Positions 1 to 12,296 of a DNA stretch of 64,000 nucleotides are shown here, piece after piece. Position 1 is the first letter of the stretch. Each line of letters opens with the position of its first letter. The DNA is from Octopus bimaculoides (taxonomy: Eukaryota). The position numbers and the translations under genes are program-made. The notes beneath the pieces are model-generated. The model saw nothing but the letters and a program-made list of their open reading frames with translations. It made no database searches and was not told where the DNA came from. The stretch spans positions 9,344,298 to 9,408,297 of the forward strand of contig NC_068991.1 of NCBI RefSeq assembly GCF_001194135.2. The letters run 5' to 3'.

Positions 1-40
1 ATATGCCTCTCTACCTATTTAATTATCTCTGTAATTTCAG

Positions 41-187
41 ATGTTCGACAGTGTAACAATCCTATTTAGTGATGTTGTCGGCTTTACAAGTATTTGCAGT
101 ATGATTACCCCCATGGAAGTCGTTGGATTGCTGAACTCCATGTATACAATATTCGACAACATCAGCGAGAAACACCAAGTATATAAG
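41..187 (+). CDS. Gyc88E: Guanylate cyclase exon: [49 protein letters not shown]
   Basis: Acceptor taatttcag| at 40, donor |gtaata at 188; carries the first metal-binding Asp ([10 protein letters not shown]). Confidence 0.95.
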
Positions 188-386
188 GTAATATAGACTT
201 CATTTAATATTACATAGATTTTCAATTGAAATTTCTTCGCGTTGTGTGGTTCATTTACTTTTCACTCCTTTACTACAACATTCACAATTCTCTTCATTTT
301 CCTGTAAATAGGTAAAGTATTAATATAAGGCGCCGTTAATCATACTGGGTTGACGAGCCTACTCTGCCACACTAGCTCAACATTAC

Positions 387-610
387 TTGGCAAAACCAGT
401 GTATTTGGGGGGGGGGGGTTCATACTCTTACCCAGAAGTAGTTATGCCGATTACGTCGTCTCTAGTGCTCAACTGGTACTTATTTTATCGACCTCGAAAG
501 GATGAAAGACAAAATCGACCTCGGCTAAAATCGAACTCAAAACGTAAAGACGGACGAAATACCGCTAAGCATTTTGCCCGGCATGCTAACGATTCTTCCA
601 GCTCGCCGCC
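387..610 (-). mobile_element. tRNA-derived SINE family A
   Basis: Reverse complement of ggcggcgagctgg.agaatcgttagc...gagttc.att...tttcatcctttcg.ggtcgataaa; about 25 copies in the window. Confidence 0.85.
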
Positions 611-920
611 TTCAATATGTAAACGCTTGAGACTTGAAAGAAAATTCAGACAAAGATGATATCTCGGTTTTAATTTATCTATCTTTCGTAACTCAATAGG
701 ACTAATCATGTATCAATTAATGTCTCTGATAATTAAATTTCGAGCAAATTAATTCTATGTGACATTTGTCTGTGAGAGAAATAAAATAGTTTTATCTCTT
801 GTAAGAGAGAGAAATTTAGATGAACCAACGTAAAATTGCTCTTGGTATCTCAATCACTTGGCGGCAGAGAAGTTAGCCGTTGGAACCGGAAAAAGCAAGG
901 CTAATTAACTCTTGGACTGT

Positions 921-1130
921 GGAAGCAGAATCGTTTGAGCGTCGGAAGAAATGCCTTTCAGCATTTCTTGCTGCTCTTTATATTCTGAGTTCAAATTCCG
1001 CCAAGACCAACTTTGCCCTTCATTGTTTCGGATGGTAGATAAAATAAAGTACCGGTCAGGTACTGGGGTTGTTCATATTGACTAATTCCTTCCCTTCAAA
1101 ATCGCTGGCGTTGTGCCAAAATTCAGAAAT
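921..1130 (+). mobile_element. SINE family A (diverged)
   Basis: Contains tctgagttcaaattccgcc and the ctggcgttgtgccaaaatt tail. Confidence 0.7.
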
Positions 1131-1168
1131 AATTATATTTAGATTATGTATGTATGTATGTATGTATG

Positions 1169-1199
<31 letters not shown>

Positions 1200-1275
1200 G
1201 TGTGTATGTATGCATGCTTATATATTGTTATATAATATATATATATGTATGTATTCTTATCTGTGTGTGTGTATA

Positions 1276-1575
1276 GGCGTGGCTGTGTGGTAAGAAGCGT
1301 GCTTCCCGACCACATGGTTCCAGGTTCAGTCCCACTGCGTGGCACCTTGGGTAAGTCTCTTCTACTATAGCCTCGGGCCGACCAAAGTCTTGACAACCGA
1401 TGCTGGTGTGTTTATGTCCCCGTAATCTAGCGGTTCGGCAAAAGAGACCGATAGAATAAGTACTAGGCTTAACAATGAATAAGTTCTGTGGTCGATTTCT
1501 TCGACTATAGCCCATTAAGGTGGTGCTCCAGCATGGCCGCAGTCAACCGACTGAAACAAGTAAAAGAATAAAAGA
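1276..1575 (+). mobile_element. tRNA-derived SINE family B
   Basis: A box TGGCTGTGTGG and B box GGTTCAGTCC; 3' part ends ctgaaacaagtaaaagaataaaag. Other heads at 6466, 28144, 57048-57206 (minus) and 63142. Confidence 0.85.
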
Positions 1576-2099
1576 ATATAGTTATGTGATAAAATGAATA
1601 GCAAATGGATGAAAACTGAAAACAAAAATTCATAGATAAATATGAAAATAACCCAGAATTAGAAAATAACGGGCAAAGAGATTAAATAAGAAGGAAATCG
1701 ATATTATATGTCCTTCTTGCTCAATTTAGTACAAAATCTTCCATGTCAAAAGCTTTCAGGGAAGATAACAGTAGTTTAATCAATTTTAATATCCCATTAC
1801 AATAATAAACAAAGTTCGGAAGTTGAGAAGAGAGCTAAGAGCGTAAATTGATACGTTTTGTTGACATTTAGTTTTTAGTAGTCTTCTCCTCCATATAATA
1901 CGTAAATTACAATTAGTGATTTTTGTACAACAAACACTTGAATCAGTGTGTATGAACGTGCGTCTGTATGTGCATGGGCGAGTGTTATATAAACGTAATA
2001 AAATTAATTTATGTGCGCAAGTGCGTGAATATATATCCATATGAGTCTATCCATGTGTATATATACATATACCTGTTTGTGGATATATGAGCTTGAGTG

Positions 2100-2255
2100 C
2101 GAGTGTGCGTATGTCTGTGTGTGCGTATGTCTGTGTGTGCGTATGTCTGTGTGTGCGTATGTCTGTGTGTGCGNNNNNNNNNNTGTGCGTATGTCTGTGT
2201 GTGCGTATGTCTGTGTGTGCGTATGTCTGTGTGTGCGTATGTCTGTGTGTGCGCA
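2100..2255. repeat. 16-bp minisatellite (GTGCGTATGTCTGTGT)n
   Basis: About 9 units, interrupted by a short N run. Confidence 0.9.
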
Positions 2256-2443
2256 GTTAAATCTGTTTACTTTCCTCAGTGTAGGCGTTGCTGACTGTAA
2301 TATAACCACATTAAATTTATCTTAACTACATACCCATACATATACACACATACATATACACACATACATATACACACATACGTATTTTTATGCATACGTA
2401 CACATATATGTTCCTTTTAAATAAAATGTCATTTATATATATA

Positions 2444-2694
2444 CAGTATATACCCTCGATTATCACGGGTGTTACGTTCCAAAAAACACGCGATGGGTGA
2501 AAGTCCGCGAAGTAAAAACAGTAGTGTAGTGTATATTTTTATTTTTATTTTTATAATTTGTATATATCTATTTTATTATAAATACAAAACAACACCACGG
2601 AGGAATCGACGTAAGCCTAAATAATAAACTGCGATAGATGAACAGCGATAGGTGTACCGCGATAAGTGAACCACGATGTAGCGAGGGATTACTG
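2444..2694. mobile_element. Pogo/Tigger-like MITE
   Basis: TA|CAGTATATACCCTCG ... CGAGGGATTACTG|TA: imperfect TIRs with TA flanks. Confidence 0.75.
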
Positions 2695-3523
2695 TATATA
2701 TAAGCGAACTTTAGGTTAGTTAAAATATGTTTGTGACATATTCCAACTTCCGGCGACAACCGTTGTAGCATACTCGCAACAGCAGTACTGTGAATGGACG
2801 ATCTTAACGTTTAGTCACTCAACAACTACATCACTCAACAACTACATCACTCCACCTCGGACATCGGTGTACATGAGCTAGAGTGAACGTTTGTCAAGTG
2901 CACTTGGTGGTTTCTCTAAAGCTGAACATGAAAGATTTTGGAAGAGAAAGGTTTGCAACAAGCATATGTGCAACAGACTTATGTGCAACAGACGACTGCT
3001 CTTGACCAATGATAATCCAACTGGAGCGTATTCAGCTCGATGTTGCCTCAAAGAATACATGTGAAAGAAAAGTCTGATCAGCAATGGAATGACTAATCAG
3101 CAGTTTACTAATCAATATACACTAGCATGATACTTGGTATAAACTAGTAAACAACAGATGCATGGTTCGATTATCTCGAGTAACCCAGGTCTACTGACTC
3201 TTTAGTTTTTTGTTTTTGTTTTTGTTTTTTGTTAATTGGTTTTTGTTATATAACAACTATCAATTAATAATCCTCATATTACGAGCCTTATTTTCCAACT
3301 GATCTTATGTTTCGGGTTCTTACGTATATGTCTCATTTCAATTAACTCGGTTTACATAACTCACCCTCAATTAAAGGTCAGTGGGATTGTTAATTGTTAA
3401 TAAATACTTCTGATCGTCAAAGGTCAAGCAATCTACTTTATTTACTAATTTATTAATATGCAGCTTAAATAGATATTTCTATTCACACAAGTTCAGTGAT
3501 ATAGATAGATAGAAGGAGAGAGA

Positions 3524-3563
<40 letters not shown>

Positions 3564-3944
3564 TATGCGTACATATTATACACTATACTCTATTACACAC
3601 ACATGCACACAGATGTGTGGGATGGGTGTCGCAAGAATATATTCCATAGAATCGGTGGAAGGGCTGATATTACAGAACATTTCAAGGCCTTCAAGTATCG
3701 GATTGGCAGAATCGTTAGGACGTCAGACAAAATGTTTTGTGATATATGTTCCAACCCTTTACGTTCTAAGTTCAAATCCCACCAAAGTCACCTTTGTCTT
3801 TCTTACCTCCTGGTCAACAAACGAATGGTTATGCGCGTTATTGCGTTATATAATTAGGTCACAATATCTCTGTGGTCTTTCAACGGGTTTCAGATCAAAA
3901 TTCTTGAAAATTCAATTTGTGAAATAACCACAATAATGGATCAA

Positions 3945-4170
3945 CACGAAATATGGTTTCAAATTTTGGCACAAGGCCAGCAATTTTAATGGGGGGAGTA
4001 AGTCGATTGCATCGACACCAGTGTTCAACTGGTACTTTTTTCATTGAACCCGAAATGTTGCAAGGCAAAGTCGACCTCGGTGGAATTTGAACTCAGATCG
4101 TAAAGACGAACGTAAGGCTGCTAAGCATTTTGCCCGGCGTGCTAACGATTCTGCCAACACGCCGCCTTTG
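3945..4170 (-). mobile_element. SINE family A
   Basis: Matches the family body and tail in reverse. Confidence 0.8.
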
Positions 4171-4468
4171 GCTGAATTGTAAATAGTTTGCTTCTCAACT
4201 TCATGGTTCCCTGTTGAACCACTCTCCGTAAGTGACTTGTGAGTAGATCTAATAGACAGCGTCTGAAGGAAGCCCTCTATGTGTGTGTGTGTGTCCACTG
4301 CTGCTTGACAACTGGTGTTGGTTTGTTTACGTGCCCGCAACTTAGCGGTCAGGCAAAAGAGACGGATACAATAAGTACTTGGACCTATTTGCTTGACTAA
4401 ACCCTTCAAGGCAATGTCCCAATATGGCCGCTGTCCGATAACCGATACAAGTAAAAGATAGATATTAT

Positions 4469-4503
<35 letters not shown>

Positions 4504-4523
4504 CATACACGTATATATATATG

Positions 4524-4557
<34 letters not shown>

Positions 4558-5533
4558 TGATGTGGACGCGATTTTGATGGATGTAAGATATAAAATATTA
4601 GTACGGATTAATCAAAAGTTTGGTTTCAACGAATTTTGTATTATAAATANNNNNNNNNNNNNNNNNNNNNNNNNNNNNNNNNNNNNNNNNNNNNNNNNNN
4701 NNNNNNNNNNNNNNNNNNNNNNNNNNNNNNNNNNNNNNNNNNNNNNNNNNNNNNNNNNNNNNNNNNNNNNNNNNNNNNNNNNNNNNNNNNNNNNNNNNNN
4801 NNNNNNNNNNNNNNNNNNNNNNNNNNNNNNNNNNNNNNNNNNNNNNNNNNNNNNNNNNNNNNNNNNNNNNNNNNNNNNNNNNNNNNNNNNNNNNNNNNNN
4901 NNNNNNNNNNNNNNNNNNNNNNNNNNNNNNNNNNNNNNNNNNNNNNNNNNNNNNNNNNNNNNNNNNNNNNNNNNNNNNNNNNNNNNNNNNNNNNNNNNNN
5001 NNNNNNNNNNNNNNNNNNNNNNNNNNNNNNNNNNNNNNNNNNNNNNNNNNNNNNNNNNNNNNNNNNNNNNNNNNNNNNNNNNNNNNNNNNNNNNNNNNNN
5101 NNNNNNNNNNNNNNNNNNNNNNNNNNNNNNNNNNNNNNNNNNNNNNNNNNNNNNNNNNNNNNNNNNNNNNNNNNNNNNNNNNNNNNNNNNNNNNNNNNNN
5201 NNNNNNNNNNNNNNNNNNNNNNNNNNNNNNNNNNNNNNNNNNNNNNNNNNNNNNNNNNNNNNNNNNNNNNNNNNNNNNNNNNNNNNNNNNNNNNNNNNNN
5301 NNNNNNNNNNNNNNNNNNNNNNNNGTATGTATATATGTATATATATATATGTAAATATATATATATGTATGTGTATATATGTGTATGTATATGTATGTAT
5401 GTATGTATGTATATATACGTATGTATATATATGTATGTATATATATGTATATATATATATGTATATATATATGTATGTATATATATATATATGTATATAT
5501 ATATGTATGTATATATATGTATATATATATATG

Positions 5534-5574
<41 letters not shown>

Positions 5575-6607
5575 CTGTGTGTGTGTATTCATGTGTGTGT
5601 GTGTATGTATGTATATATATATATATGCATACATACATAATCACACCAGAACATAAATTTTGTATATTTTCCTTTGATATGTTTGTGTTTATGGAAATGG
5701 TAAAATTATTATCATTCACAGAGAAATTTAGTTGGTTTTTAAACCGTCGTCCTACACTATATATATTTCAACTTACGTGGCTCGCTTAACATCAATATTG
5801 GCAAGATAATATCTGAACTGTCGTTGTTGTTGTTCTTGTTGTTGATGATGAGGATGATGATGATGTTTCTTGTTGTCGTTGTTGTGTAGTCCAGTTCAAT
5901 CATGAGAGAGTGGGCAAAACTATGACCAAAGGCCGTTCCAGCTACGACCATACCGCCTCTTTATCGGAATCATTGTGCACCAGATAACACTATCCAGTAT
6001 GTTCCTTCAATGAAACGGTAGAATGTGGCTTGTGAGCGCCTTGGCTGCTATTTCTGATATGTCCAACGACCTTGCAGAGACTCTTTTTTTTTTTGGTGAG
6101 GGGTACAGGAATTACTAACGAATTTTCATTGATGTTGATAAAATAAATGCTTTTGCTTACATTGTGATATCTACTCGAGATGATTTCCGTATTCTACCCA
6201 ATATAATTTTAACTGTTATAAATCTTACTTTGCGATATGCATGCATAGGCTTCGGATGATTGCAATGTTGAGACGTATTTGTTTATAATCATAATTCCAC
6301 TTGTAACCTTTGTGTTTCCATATAAACATATAATCTCATGACAGACACACAGTATAAATTGTATAGAATGGTCGCAGAAAAGATAAGCGTGTTCAATTGT
6401 CCACATTCTGTATCATCTAAAATGTAAGCTTGTAGAAACTCAATTGAAATACGTACAAATATCTATGGCTGCGGGGTTAACAAGCTTGCTTTTCAACCAC
6501 GTGTTTTCGGGTTCGGTACCACTGCGCGACGCCTTGGGCAAGTATCTTCTATTATTGCTCAGGGCCGACCAGTGTGGAAGCCTGTTGTATGTGTGCCTCT
6601 GTCTCTC

Positions 6608-6638
<31 letters not shown>

Positions 6639-7680
6639 GTGCGTGAGTGCGTGCGTGCGTGCGTGTGTGTGTGTGTGTGTGTGTGTGCGTGTGTGTGTGT
6701 GTGATCCTAAATCACATGACAACAGCTGTTGATTTGTTTACACCCTTGCAACTTAGCGGTTCGGCAAAAGAAACCGATAGAATAAGTGGCACACTTTAAA
6801 ACAAAATAAGCACTGGAGTCGATCAGTTCGACTAAAACCTGCCCCCGCATGGCCGCAGTCCAATGACTGAAACAAGTAAAAGATAAAGGATAATTTCTTC
6901 AGGAAACACTTCCCTTCACTCCAAGATAGTCTTGGATGACTCGTGAAATGTGAATCTTCATAAACCATCAACAATATTTATTCAACGATATACAGCCTCC
7001 CCTTCTTGAAATACGTCAACAGTATACCAAACCTATTGAATTTATTCGATAGACTCATCTTTTTTTCTTTTACAATTTCTGACATTAAATGTTGCGTCAC
7101 AATTCAGTCTCTGTTTTAAACACTTTCTTCAATTCATCTTTTTCTACGGAATTGTCTCAACCCTCTAGAATCTGATTTTCACTTCTACCCAAGATCCTAC
7201 AATTTAAACGTTATCATCACTTGTTTAACCTTATCCAGTTACCCAGGCCATGGTCCTCCTGAAACTGACGAACGAAAGGAATAATATATTTACATTATAT
7301 GCACATGTGTTTTATTCATTTACATTAAATATACATAAATACATACGCCTATTTAATTACATTATATAGAGCCTCATTTTGCACACGTTTTATCCACACA
7401 GTTTGTGTGTATACATAGACAATATATGCACATACATGATGTACACCTTTGTTGACTGGAAGTGTATATTAACTACATTTACCTCATTCTTGTCTGTTCT
7501 CTTGTTCCCATCAGTCTAGTAAGTCAAAGAAAACACTCCAATTGAATTTCAGTCGTTTTCCATGCAGCCTCTCGAGATTGTCCATATTGTATTTCATGCA
7601 CACGCTAAGACAATAATAGTGAGATCTTATAAAATTATATCGTATCTAGAACATATATGGGCATTTTCGTGTCATTTCAG

Positions 7681-7837
7681 GTAGAAACTATCGGTGATGC
7701 TTATATGTTAGTATCTGGCGCCCCTGTACGAATAGACAATCATCCTGTTGAAATATGTAACATGGCGCTAGATATGGTCTCAGAAATTGACGTAGTAGAT
7801 TCGACAGAAATCTGCGAGAAGTTAAAAATACGAATAG
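7681..7837 (+). CDS. Gyc88E: Guanylate cyclase exon: VETIGDAYMLVSGAPVRIDNHPVEICNMALDMVSEIDVVDSTEICEKLKIRI(G)
   Basis: Acceptor gtcatttcag| at 7680, donor |gtaagt at 7838; KVETIGDAYM motif (guanine-specifying Glu, second metal-binding Asp). Confidence 0.96.
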
Positions 7838-7942
7838 GTAAGTTTTTTTCTCCGCGTTGTTTCTCGAAATGATTCTGTCATTGCAAGAAACCCAGTGGTT
7901 CGAATCATTTCTTAACTCTTTTGAGAATCATTGCTCTTGTGC

Positions 7943-7973
<31 letters not shown>

Positions 7974-8129
7974 ATTGGATTGGATTGGATGAGATTAGAT
8001 CGTCCATGTTCAGTCCACTCCAATGTGAAAGCCGTGAACTTGCTTAAGCTCATACTGGTTTTATAAGCCTATTCTGCAATACTGGCTCGACATGGCTTGG
8101 CAGAGAGGTGCAGTTTTTATACTCATACC

Positions 8130-8320
8130 CAGGAGTAGTAAAGTCAATTATATCAACCCCAGTGTTCATCTGGTACTTATTTTATCGACCCCGAAAGGAT
8201 GAAAGGCAAAGTCGACATCTGTGGAATTTGAACACAGAACGGTATTTCGTCCATCTTAAAGACGGACGAAATACCGCTAAGCGTTTCGCCCGGCGTGCTA
8301 ATGACTTTGCCAGTTCGCCG
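8130..8320 (-). mobile_element. SINE family A
   Basis: ttttatcgaccccgaaaggatgaaaggcaaagtcgac...ccggcgtgctaa core. Confidence 0.85.
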
Positions 8321-9740
8321 TTATTCTTATTAAAGATGATTATGACAAGGAAGTAGATGATGGTGATTGTGTGTTGCTCTGGCCAACTTTGCTTTAGCTG
8401 GCGTATCATATGGGATTAGGCAATTTAACATTTAGAAATAACCAATAAGTCTTGTATACCATATGTGCCATGCTTCAGTTTAATCACAGAGGACTCTAGC
8501 AACCAGTATATATAGACTGACACATAATATTTATCGATAATATTTATAATTCGAAGCAAAAATAGATCAAGCAATCATATACTGCATTATCTGTTTACTG
8601 TAGCAAAATAGAATAGTATAATGTGGTATCTTTTCTTAGATATAAAATATAGTTAAGAAATCTAGTCAATAGGCTTAACTCTGCTATAACTCTGCAGTGT
8701 TAATATTTATTTTAGCCATTGTAATATGATGATAGTTTAATCCAGTTCAAAAATTAAGTAAAACTAAACTGAATACTATAAGCCATAAAAAACATCAGCC
8801 CACCACTCACTATACACTCCTCTGCCAGAAATCACGTATCCTCAACTACTTCCATACCATTAACTATTCACTATATTGGTTCAAGAGATTCATGCATATT
8901 TTTATTTCCAAACTATTCTTTTCTTCTCTTCTCCTTCCCTGTGCCTTGACTAGCAACAACTGTCCAAAACGCTGATATTACTCCTTTCCTTTCATACATT
9001 TTACGGATATTTATGTTCTTTTCTTTTTCTTTTCCTTTTTTTAACACATAAATTGTCTTTTAAACATGCAGTGACACCTCGTTTTTTCAGTTCTCAAAAT
9101 CAACTTACACCATACATCTACAATACCTTCAAGTATCTTTACCTTTAGAATATTCCAGCCTCAGGGCAATTAAAACCCCACACATCTTTATGCAAAAATT
9201 CTTTACCATTTCAGATACCCATACATTTTAAATCCTGACTATAAGACAATAAACCTGAAATAGATAAAACAGCCTTAACTTGAAGTAATCTTCAGCCTGA
9301 AGAAGTTCATGTGACAGTTTTCATATAATAGATGGCTCTTTCAGAGTTTATTGATATTAAATCAAATAAACTCTTACAGAAAGTATTGCTACCATCTGAC
9401 ACCTGCTAACAATATCCATTTATCTAGTTCTTCTCATCTGCACACATTGAGTACTCAAACTGCTTTAAACCCTTCTCAGATAAGAAATAACAGAAGATTG
9501 TAATTTTTGCAACAGACTTCTTATGATACCAGGTTTAGATTCGGTAAACTTTGAAGGAGTCTTTTTTTTTTTTAAATAACAAGAACTTGGTGAAATGCAG
9601 CAAGGTAATAATAGCATGTTACCCTTGCTTTGCTTTCCAGTCTTTTGGTCCGTTTCTATGATGACCATAGACAAAGTAACCAAGTTCGATGCGTCATAGC
9701 TATGCCGCTTAAGATTAACAGAAAATGGTAAGCAATAGCA

Positions 9741-9973
9741 GGCGGCGAGCTGGCAGAACCGTTAGCGCGCCGGGCGAGATGCTCTGCGGTATTTCGTCTG
9801 CCGTTACGTTCTGAGTTCAAATTCCGCCGAGGTCGACTTTACCTTTTATCCTTTCGGGGTCGATAAATTAAGTACCAGTTACGCACTGGGGTCGATGTAA
9901 TCGACTTAATCCCTTTTTCTGTCCTTGTTTGTCCCCTCTGTGTTTAGCCCCTTGTGGGCAATAAAGAAATAAG
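9741..9973 (+). mobile_element. SINE family A, full length, tail type 2
   Basis: Well-preserved copy from GGCGGCGAGCTGGCAG to caataaagaaataag. Confidence 0.9.
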
Positions 9974-10151
9974 AAAACAGTAAGCAATCCAACTCAAAAT
10001 TTTGGCTTAATGCGTTGCATACGTTTCGTGCGTGTGTGTACTTTGTATTTATCTGGGTCAAGGATAGAGATCTTTGCGTTCTTCTATTGATTCTGATATT
10101 ACTGAAAATTTCTGAATCTACACCAACTGATGGTTCTTATTTTCTTTTCAG

Positions 10152-10261
10152 GTATTCATACAGGACCCTGTGTAGCAGGGGTTGTCGGTGTGAAGATGCC
10201 ACGGTATTGCCTCTTTGGAGACACAGTGAATACAGCCGCGCGGATGGAAACAAACGGAGAG
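10152..10261 (+). CDS. Gyc88E: Guanylate cyclase exon: (G)[36 protein letters not shown]
   Basis: Acceptor tttcttttcag| at 10151, donor |gttgta at 10262 (weak but GT); [12 protein letters not shown] guanylate cyclase signature. Confidence 0.96.
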
Positions 10262-10340
10262 GTTGTACACTCTATGTATATAATTGTTTTCATATAGGGA
10301 CGTATGTACGCATTCAGAGTAATACGGTACAAGTGAGAAA

Positions 10341-10381
<41 letters not shown>

Positions 10382-10951
10382 TCAGAAAGTTAAAAATAAA
10401 AAGTGGAGAATGGAAAATATAAACATAATTAGGCCAATCAAAAGAGTCATTTTTCCCTTGCGGGATGCGGCAGAAAGGTTGCCCCGATTTCAAAGGTTAA
10501 TAAAAATTAAAAAAACACATAAAGAGACAAGAAAAAACGATGCTCTACACTCCAGGCCATAGTGGGTACTACCTGAAACAGAAAAGAAAAATGGCATTTA
10601 ATGAACTTCTTAGAAATGCAAAAGTTTTTCATACATCTTCATGTGTTTGTTTTATGTTAACCTTTGAAATCGGGGCGACCTTTCTGTCGCACCTTGTATA
10701 TGCCGACAGGAAGGGCATTCGACCATAAAAAATCTGCGTCAACGAATTTCGACAGGCAAAATGAAAAGGTGGACATTAAAACAATGAAAATGATGATGAT
10801 GATGATGATGATGATGATATATATGTGTGTGTGCGTGTTTGTGTGAATGTATATGTTATAAATCGCTGCCAAAATCTCCTTCTAATCTTATTCTATCATT
10901 TTTATGGAAGGGCACATTGAGTAAGGTAGTTTCATATCGACTATAGTGAAA

Positions 10952-11197
10952 GCGTGTGGCTTAGTGGTTAGGAGTACTCGACTCACGATCCTATGATCGT
11001 GATTTCGATTCTTGGTGGTGCGTTGTCTCCTTGAACAAGACACTTTATTTCACTTTGCTCCAGTCCACTCAGCTGGCAAAAATGAGTAGTATCTGTATTT
11101 CAAAGGACCAGCCTTGTCACATTCTGTGTCATGTTTAATCTCCCTGAGAACTACGTTAAGGGCACGCGTGTCTGTGGAATGCTCAGCCACTTGCACG
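10952..11197 (+). mobile_element. tRNA-derived SINE family C
   Basis: A box TGGCTTAGTGG; body ccagccttgtcac...cgtgtctgtggaatgctcagccacttgcacg is shared with 16211-16400 (minus), 27880-27957 (minus) and 31802-32133. Confidence 0.8.
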
Positions 11198-12233
11198 CTC
11201 AGAGCTGACCAGGAGCTTTTCTGATCTAGACAAAATGGTCAGTAAGCAAGCAACCGAGAAGTCAGGCATTCGTACCTTGTCACTCACCGACACTCTGTTG
11301 GGGACCTTGTAGACAAATCACTTCACCTAACGGCTTGCGACGTCACTGGTGCCAAGCTGCATCGGCCTTTGCCTTTCCCTTGGCGTGGGGAGAGCTGGCT
11401 GGTATGCATGGGCGAATGCTGGTCTTCCATAAACAACCTTACCCGGACTTGTGCCTCGGAGGGGAACTGTCTAGGTGCAATCCTATGGTCATTCATGACC
11501 GATGGGGGCGGGGTCTTTACCCTTTAGTTTGTGGTGGTGAGTCCAACATTTTTCAGAATTTGTTCACTTGGCCTAGATAAGACTTTACCTTCACCATCAA
11601 CCCTGGACATTACCGTCTCGAGTGCTAGGACTCATATAAACGGTTACCCAGTCTCCATGGCTTATAAACCGATATCACCAATATCCCCACTGGATGGGAC
11701 GCCAGTCCGTCGTGCGGTTACTCATTTTCAACTGAGTGACCTGGACGAACCCATGATCTCGCGACCGAAAGTGCAACTTTCTAACCACAACGCCATGTGC
11801 CTTCACCTAGATAAGACTATCTCATGTAAATTTCTTCTATGATGCCTTTACTTCTCAGTTGTTGTTGCTGTCGTTGTCATTGTTGTTGTTGCTGCTGTTT
11901 AGTCTGAAGCCAGTAACGAAATAAAAGACAAGCGAAAAGATCAAGCATCTCACAGACAAGTTAAAAGTGCAGATATTGTGATGTTCGTATTCATTCCCTG
12001 ATTGCATTGTCGGATATAGATAAACTTGCGTCAACTGAGAATCGGAATCTAATTTCGTCTTTTACGCGACAAAGAATCTTGCCTTTCGGCGACTATAATA
12101 TTTTGATTGTGTATCCGTATCAATGCAATATGTAATTATTTCTGTGTGTCTTTGTATGTTTGTATAACACTTGTCGTAGAAGTAGTTTTGAAAGCACACG
12201 CACACGCGCACACACAGATATGAATGTGTATAC

Positions 12234-12296
<63 letters not shown>

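Noticed and set aside
1276-1350. tRNA-like sequences with A and B boxes
   Set aside because: No convincing full cloverleaf, and they continue into repeated SINE bodies; these are SINE heads, not tRNA genes.
4529-5719. Long ORFs spanning N runs (also at 12.2, 13.3, 18.2, 28.9, 31.4, 36.9, 41.5, 55.9 and 57.0 kb)
   Set aside because: They are open only because N codons translate as X; these are assembly-gap artefacts.
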